In this document: positions 58,192 through 64,000 of the stretch, piece by piece
How the letters are laid out: every line of letters begins with the position of its first letter
How positions within the stretch are numbered: position 1 is the first letter of the stretch
Made by a program: the position numbers and the translations under genes
Assembly: GCA_002189035.1 (NCBI GenBank)
Contig: CM007990.1
Span: 2,170,001 to 2,234,000, forward strand
DNA: 64,000 nucleotides
Reading direction: 5' to 3'
Origin: Utricularia gibba
Taxonomy: Eukaryota; Plantae; Magnoliophyta
Notes under the pieces: generated by a model
Database searches by the model: none
Told to the model about the DNA's origin: nothing
What the model saw: the letters and a program-made list of their open reading frames with translations, nothing else

Positions 58192-59397
58192 CTAGCTTCT
58201 GCTGCTGAATTTGCGACCTGTTGAGTTCTCAGCTTCATAGAGCATGTGATTAATAAGCCCCCTGGCAGCACTGCCGATGGATGTGATGGGACAATGTAAA
58301 CACATGGCTAAAATATTGCTGTAACAAAGGCCCAAAACAGGATATAGGGTAGATACACAACTGAACTTACTCATCTTTCAGCTTCTGAATTTTCTCTGGA
58401 TCTGTCTCATCCTTGTGCCTTTTGAACTGCTGCCGAACTATGCCCATCAGAAGCTCGGTGTTATAGTTCTGCAATAAAAAATGTCATGATTGCTTATTTT
58501 TATCGAGTGTTGGAGACCCAGTGAAATTAAAAGAATTCGAAGGCAGAAGCTAAATAATGTAAACTGATAAATATATTGAGTTCAGTTTGGGCAGATATTG
58601 CTTAACAAAGCTTGCAAACAAAATGTCCACGTGATGATGACAGAAATACGCCAAATTAAATATGCAAGCAGCAAAAGCTACAATCCCTCTGTGATGGCAT
58701 TGGTTTTATTTCTAGATATGGGTAGAGGGCGTGGCGTTAACCATACTTCCTGGATTGCTACTCCACATTGGCAGCTTGGTTTTCCAGGGATAGGCAGCCA
58801 ACTTTCAGAGTCTATACTATGTGAAAAAAGTACGAAACCTAACCAAAAATGGATCCATAGAATGAGCTAGCAATCATACATACCCTGGATAAGCGAAGAC
58901 AACAGAAATGAGCATACGAGGTACACAGATCAGCTGCCGCTAGATGACGTTATTTTAGTAGTGTTCAATCATAATTTCACAAAACAATCCATACTGTTCA
59001 CCAACATAAACACAAAAAAGGGAGGAAATCTGCACCAGGGTAGTTAGTTACCTTAGAACCAATGTACTTAGCTCGCCTCAGGCATTCGCGATATAACTGA
59101 AAATAAAAGGAAAAACAAGAGCACCCTCAACACCATATTATGTGGTGGACTCAGTTAACGAACTAAATCGTTCTGCAAATCAAACGTGCCACTGAGCTCA
59201 TTACAAAAAACGGATGACCAAACCCAAACAACATCTACAGAATTAGAATTGAAGTTCAGGCTCAAAAAACCCTAATTGACAATCAGCTGATAATATTCGA
59301 CGGTGCCAATAGAAAATAAAATCCGGTGCGGAGAAATCCTGACTCTGATGGTGTTATTAGCGAGCTCCGGTGGTAACGCTGTTTGGAGTGACGGCAT
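58192..59397 (-). CDS. LYR-motif (Complex1_LYR-like) protein, 4 exons, 91 aa
   Basis: Exons 59344-59397, 59052-59096, 58371-58468 and 58192-58270 give MPSLQTALPPELANNTIRLYRECLRRAKYIG..VRQQFKRHKDETDPEKIQKLKDDAARGLINH. The LYR..LR and F motifs are present. Confidence 0.92.
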
Positions 59398-59959
59398 GTT
59401 TTTTTTTCCCTCGGCGAGCACCCGCCAAGCAATTTTACCTACGGCAATTAGCGAGCGACACACAACTGAATTAAATCCAATGGCTGGTCCGACCCAAACA
59501 TGGAATTTGAGCTTCTATTCATGTTATTCGGCTTTTTGCCCTAACCCCGAAATCCTTAACATTGATTTGGAAAGTTATTCATAAGGGAAGTTATTTTTCA
59601 TTTCTCATAAAACCAACAAAGAATTAGTGTTATTTTTCCTTTCTTGTAATAATTACTTTTAGTGGAAGAACAGATTTTAGTTGTACGCATTCAAGGTGGA
59701 GGATAAGATTGACTTTAATAATTTTTTTTCAGTATTTTATTGGAAATTATATTGTTAAAAGACAATATATGAAATGCATAACTAAATATATTAAAAGATA
59801 TATTGTTAAAATTCATAATAATAAAAAGTTCATTGTTTTTTTATTGACAAAGTACAATTTATTTGGAATGAAGGTTGGGTAGAATGGAATCACTTCTCTT
59901 TATTTCTTTGGGTTGGACATTGAGAGCGGCCATCCAAGTCTCAGAAACGAAAGGCGGCG

Positions 59960-60425
59960 ATGAGGGTTCTGGAGGCCAGTGTGTCCACTTTCGATTCCGT
60001 TTTCAACGCTTTCAGAAGCGACGCTACGAATAACACAAGGAATTTCATTCTCTTCTTGGCTGATGCCGATCCTTCCACCAATCTCAGTTGGTGCCCGGGT
60101 ATCAATCGTGTTAGGGTTTGTCGATCCAATTCTGTCCCTCTTGTTATATTACTTATTTCTCCTGTCACTAGATTGTGTTAGGGCCGAGCCAGTGATTCTC
60201 AACAAGTTGCAAGCATCATCCGAAAATGTGCTCCTGTTGAAGGCATTCGTCGGGGATCGGCCCACATGGAGGAACCCGCTGCATCCCTGGCGCAAAGACT
60301 CAGTCTTCAAGCTTACTGGGGTTCCGACATTGATACTCTGGGAAGATGGAGCTGTAAAAGCTCGTCTTGAAGATTATGAGGCACATATTGACCACAAAAT
60401 CGAAGCCCTTCTTTCATCCTCTTAG
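59960..60425 (+). CDS. Clot: Thioredoxin-like protein Clot (TRP14/TXNDC17 family), 2 exons, 130 aa
   Basis: Exons 59960-60098 and 60172-60425. Splicing reconstitutes the WCPDC active site; also VGDRPTWRNPLHPWR and LTGVPTLILW. Confidence 0.93.
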
Positions 60426-61699
60426 CAGGTAAAATTATTGATGCTACTGCTCTGATAAAAATGTGCTGGAGGCGCAGGTGATGGCACTTCGGCAACCATC
60501 TGTGATAAATTAAACCATTAACGAATTCTACCTTTCTGGGTGTTGTTGATGCTTATTCAACAGAACTTGTGCTTTGTTTCATTATAAACATGTTGCTGAA
60601 TTGCCATTGAATTTGTTGTCCAATTCCAATGTGATGAATATTTTTGGCGATGCAGCTGCTGCATTATAATGCCATCGTATGGATGATCCACGTTGCTTTA
60701 GAAGCAGAAACTCAGCTGCAAAGCTTGTTTTTGATTTATTATCATATCTGGTTTGCTAAACTTAATCGTCAACGTTGATAGGAAGCGGGAGGGTTGATGG
60801 CGCCAGTTGAAAATTCCCCACCACAATCATTTCCAAAATTCCGTTTTATAGGGAGACAAGGTAGTGTTTTGATTGTGTTAGCCACCAAAAATCAAATGAA
60901 CTCTCAAGCTTGTATTTGGAATGAAATGGAAATGAAGCAGGGGACCATTGCTGAGAAGGAAAAACTCGCCTCACTTGTTTTCTATTAAACTCAATGAGAA
61001 AACCACAAAGTGAGGATGAAAAACTCGCTTCGCTTGTTTTCTATTACGATGAATTAAAAAAACTACATAGCAACACCAGATTAATAGACATACTGGGTAA
61101 CTTGAAATTTGTTGGTAAATTCAAATTAGAGGTCTCGCTAGACCCATCCAAGTTCATGCGTGCCAAAGCCCCTTTGAGATGCTCAATTGTGTCACCAAAG
61201 AACGTCTAGCCAGGCAAGGAAGGAATGTGCTACACCCATCTCACAGTGAGAGATAACCCCAATGATGCTCCTAAAAAAACTAGTTGGGGGATCGTAGCCA
61301 CCACGATCTCGTGAAAACTTCTTGACTAGAGCCAAGCTCGATCACACACATGGCATCATCTAGGATATCGATTGGCCGTTTCTATGACATAGCAGGAGCT
61401 TAGAACAGACACCTAATAAATGCTAGACCCTTTCAAACCCAAAGAGAGCTCAGAAAGTAAATTTGAACAGCATGGGCTGATGAGCTCGAAAAGTAACTTG
61501 GAACACTACGGGGCTGATAAGAACACTGACTTGGCTCTTATCAAGCTTGTGGTTATTGGGCCGAGTGGTCGGTACCCTGCTGAAAAGCTTCAATCCGATT
61601 GAAGAGGTAGCTAAAGCCTAATTACTTGAATTAACCTTTCTAACTAGGGCTGATGAGTTCTTCATTGGATGCTATAAGGGGGTTCTTGAAGATTGACAA

Positions 61700-64000
61700 G
61701 GTCGCGTCACATTGATGGTTCACGCCTGTTATTATAGTTCCGTACAATAGTAGATCACTTGAGTGCTAGATATTTTAGTTTCCATCGTTCTTTATGTTTG
61801 CATATAATTAACAGACTATTAATCCATGAAAACTGTGATGTTGTCATCTTTGAATATTTTGTTTGACTTCTCTTCCTCATCTAATTGATCAATACATACG
61901 ATCGGATCCTTGAATTACAGAGTCGCAATTGGATCTATTTGATCTCGCTGTTATCTTGTTTATGGTGCGGTGAGCGTGGATCAAACCGCATATGAAATTT
62001 TTCCTTTCCTCTCGACTACCTCATACACATGGAAGCAAGTCACAATGTTATTCCAGCAACAATTTCGATCGCCTCAACAATAGACATTGACAGAGATAAT
62101 CCATTGCATCTGAGCGGCTCCGAACATCCAAACACATCACTTGTAAGTGAGCTCTTAACCACACACAATTATTTCGATCGGCGTCAAGGTGTGCGATTGG
62201 TATTAGGTGCTAAAAATAAACTTGGCATTACCTATGGAGATGTTCCCAAGCCTCTGCAGAGTGATTCTTCATATAATCTATGGATGCATAATGATTTTAT
62301 GGTGACTTCGTGGCTGTCGAATTCAATATCTAAAGATCTGGTTTCTAGCTTTATGGGATGCGCAAGTGCACATGATTTATGGAAGACTCTGGAGGCACAT
62401 TATAGACAATTAAAAAATATTTTTTTATAGAGATGCAGTATGATCTCTACAACCTCAAACAGGGTGACTTGAGCATCGCACAGTATTACACAAAATTGAG
62501 CGCTCTCAAGAAGGATCTTGATGATCTGTTCCCTGAAATTCGGTGTGGACAATTTAATACACTGGTTTGTGCTGACAAGATCTTTTCCACGGCGAAGCTT
62601 ACTCAATTTCTCATTGGTTTAGATGGCAAGTATGATACCACACGGAACCAGATTCTGGCAATGGATGATACCATGACAGTCACGAGAGCCTATGCAGCCA
62701 TGCTTAACATGGAGCAACAATTGACTAAGAGCCAGGCAGATGGGGTAAGTATCCATAATGATTCTGCCATGTTTGCCAAGCCTACGTAGAATCTGAACAC
62801 TAATTCACATTTGGGACTGGGACAGAGAAGGGACAATCGATATTGTGTCATTTGCAAGAAGATTGAGCACATGCAAGACACTTGTTTCACGATTAAGGAA
62901 CCTCCACCTTGGTGGAGAAAGAAAAATGGGAAGTCAAGTAATTCTTACCAAAAACCTAATGCTTATCCTCTTGGGCAATAGCAATATTCATATCAATAGA
63001 ATCCTCCTTGTAATGCTCATTTTGTTCCATCCTAGCAATTAACGTCTTATGAGCACTTCAAACCCAAGGGGCACTATGTTGATTCTCCCATGGATGAAAC
63101 TTCGCATTTCCACCTTCCTGCTCATAACACTACATATCTTGACTCTTTTCAGCTCATTCAGTGGGAGCTAGGGAAGATTCTTGATGGAAACAATACTTCA
63201 CACGCACCAGCAACAGAGAACCAGGCTGTCAACTTATCTAAGTTGGAATTTGCAGGTACATGCACTGAATTATGTTTGACCAGTGACATTCTCAAGGACT
63301 TTTTGTGCAATTCTTAGGAATGGATAATAGACTCAGGGGCTATGACTCAAATTGGCTATTCTAGTAATTATTTCAGCACATTATCTGTTTTCAATATTCG
63401 CGTGAACTTGTCGAATGGGTACTCAGTCCCGATGAAATATGCTGGGAACATAAAGCCATCTAATAAACTGCATCTATTGCATAAATTACGCATACCTCAG
63501 TTCAAGTACAACCTTATTTATGTGAAACGTTTAATAGATGATGATGGAATTCATGTGATATTTTTTAGCCAATATTGTGTGTTATAGGCCCCAGATACCA
63601 ATGAGGTTATGACTGTTGGAAGACTTAAGAATGGCCTCTACATGCTTGACAAACGTTCCTTTTTCCCTAATATTCTTAGCAAATTTTCTGCCTTGCCCCA
63701 TGGCACAGATAAGTTGAAAAATGCCTTCATCAATTTTTTGTTACCAAAATTGAGTTTTTTTGCTAGTTCCATGAGCAACGCCGATGAACGTCTATTATGG
63801 CATTGCTGCCTAGGGCATATTTAAGAGACTAAGTCCAAATATATGCATTTTGATTGTGGATTAAATGGTGCTCCATGTGATATTTGTCATTTTGCAAAAT
63901 TCCATAAATTTCCTTTTACATTGAACACGTCCAAGGTGCCCCCCATACTCCATTTGCTTCAGTGTGATTTGTGGGGGCCTTATAAACTAGCTAACATCAA
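61700..64000 (+). mobile_element. Decayed Ty1/copia (Ale/Retrofit-like) element, truncated by the window end
   Basis: PBS-like site at 61963. Gag NPLHLSGSEH..AKNKLG..MVTSWLSNSISK; zinc knuckle CVICKKIEHMQDTC; protease WIIDSGAMTQI; GAG-pre-integrase LWHCCLGH; integrase start CDICHFAK..CDLWGPY. Multiple stops and frameshifts. Confidence 0.9.

Overview
AT-rich plant (angiosperm-like) nuclear DNA with eight host genes interleaved with transposon debris. Host genes: ORANGE-like DnaJ zinc-finger chaperone (+, 9.8-11.2 kb); intronless JINGUBANG-type WD40 (-, 16.0-17.4 kb); intronless PPR (-, 28.9-29.7 kb); small secreted glycine-rich protein (-, 41.7-42.0 kb); 15-coding-exon queuine tRNA-ribosyltransferase (-, 45.2-49.2 kb); plant-specific uncharacterised gene (+, 55.2-57.8 kb); LYR-motif gene (-, 58.2-59.4 kb); thioredoxin-like Clot/TRP14 (+, 60.0-60.4 kb). 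Mobile DNA includes two solo LTRs with clean 5-bp TSDs, Athila, Tekay, Tat-like and copia remnants, three decayed MULE transposases and a hAT remnant. The most unusual object is a fully bounded 4,865-bp PIF/Harbinger element (30763-35627; 23-bp TIRs, TAG TSD). It has a decayed DDE transposase and no recognisable Myb/SANT ORF. Instead it carries a spliced chimeric frame joining a Transposase_28-like domain to an FCP1/NIF-like HAD-phosphatase fragment, next to a 173-bp tandem array of CACCG/CGGTG palindromes. Three host genes show single-base frameshifts in short homopolymers, most likely assembly errors. All homology calls come from my recognition of motifs; no database search was run.
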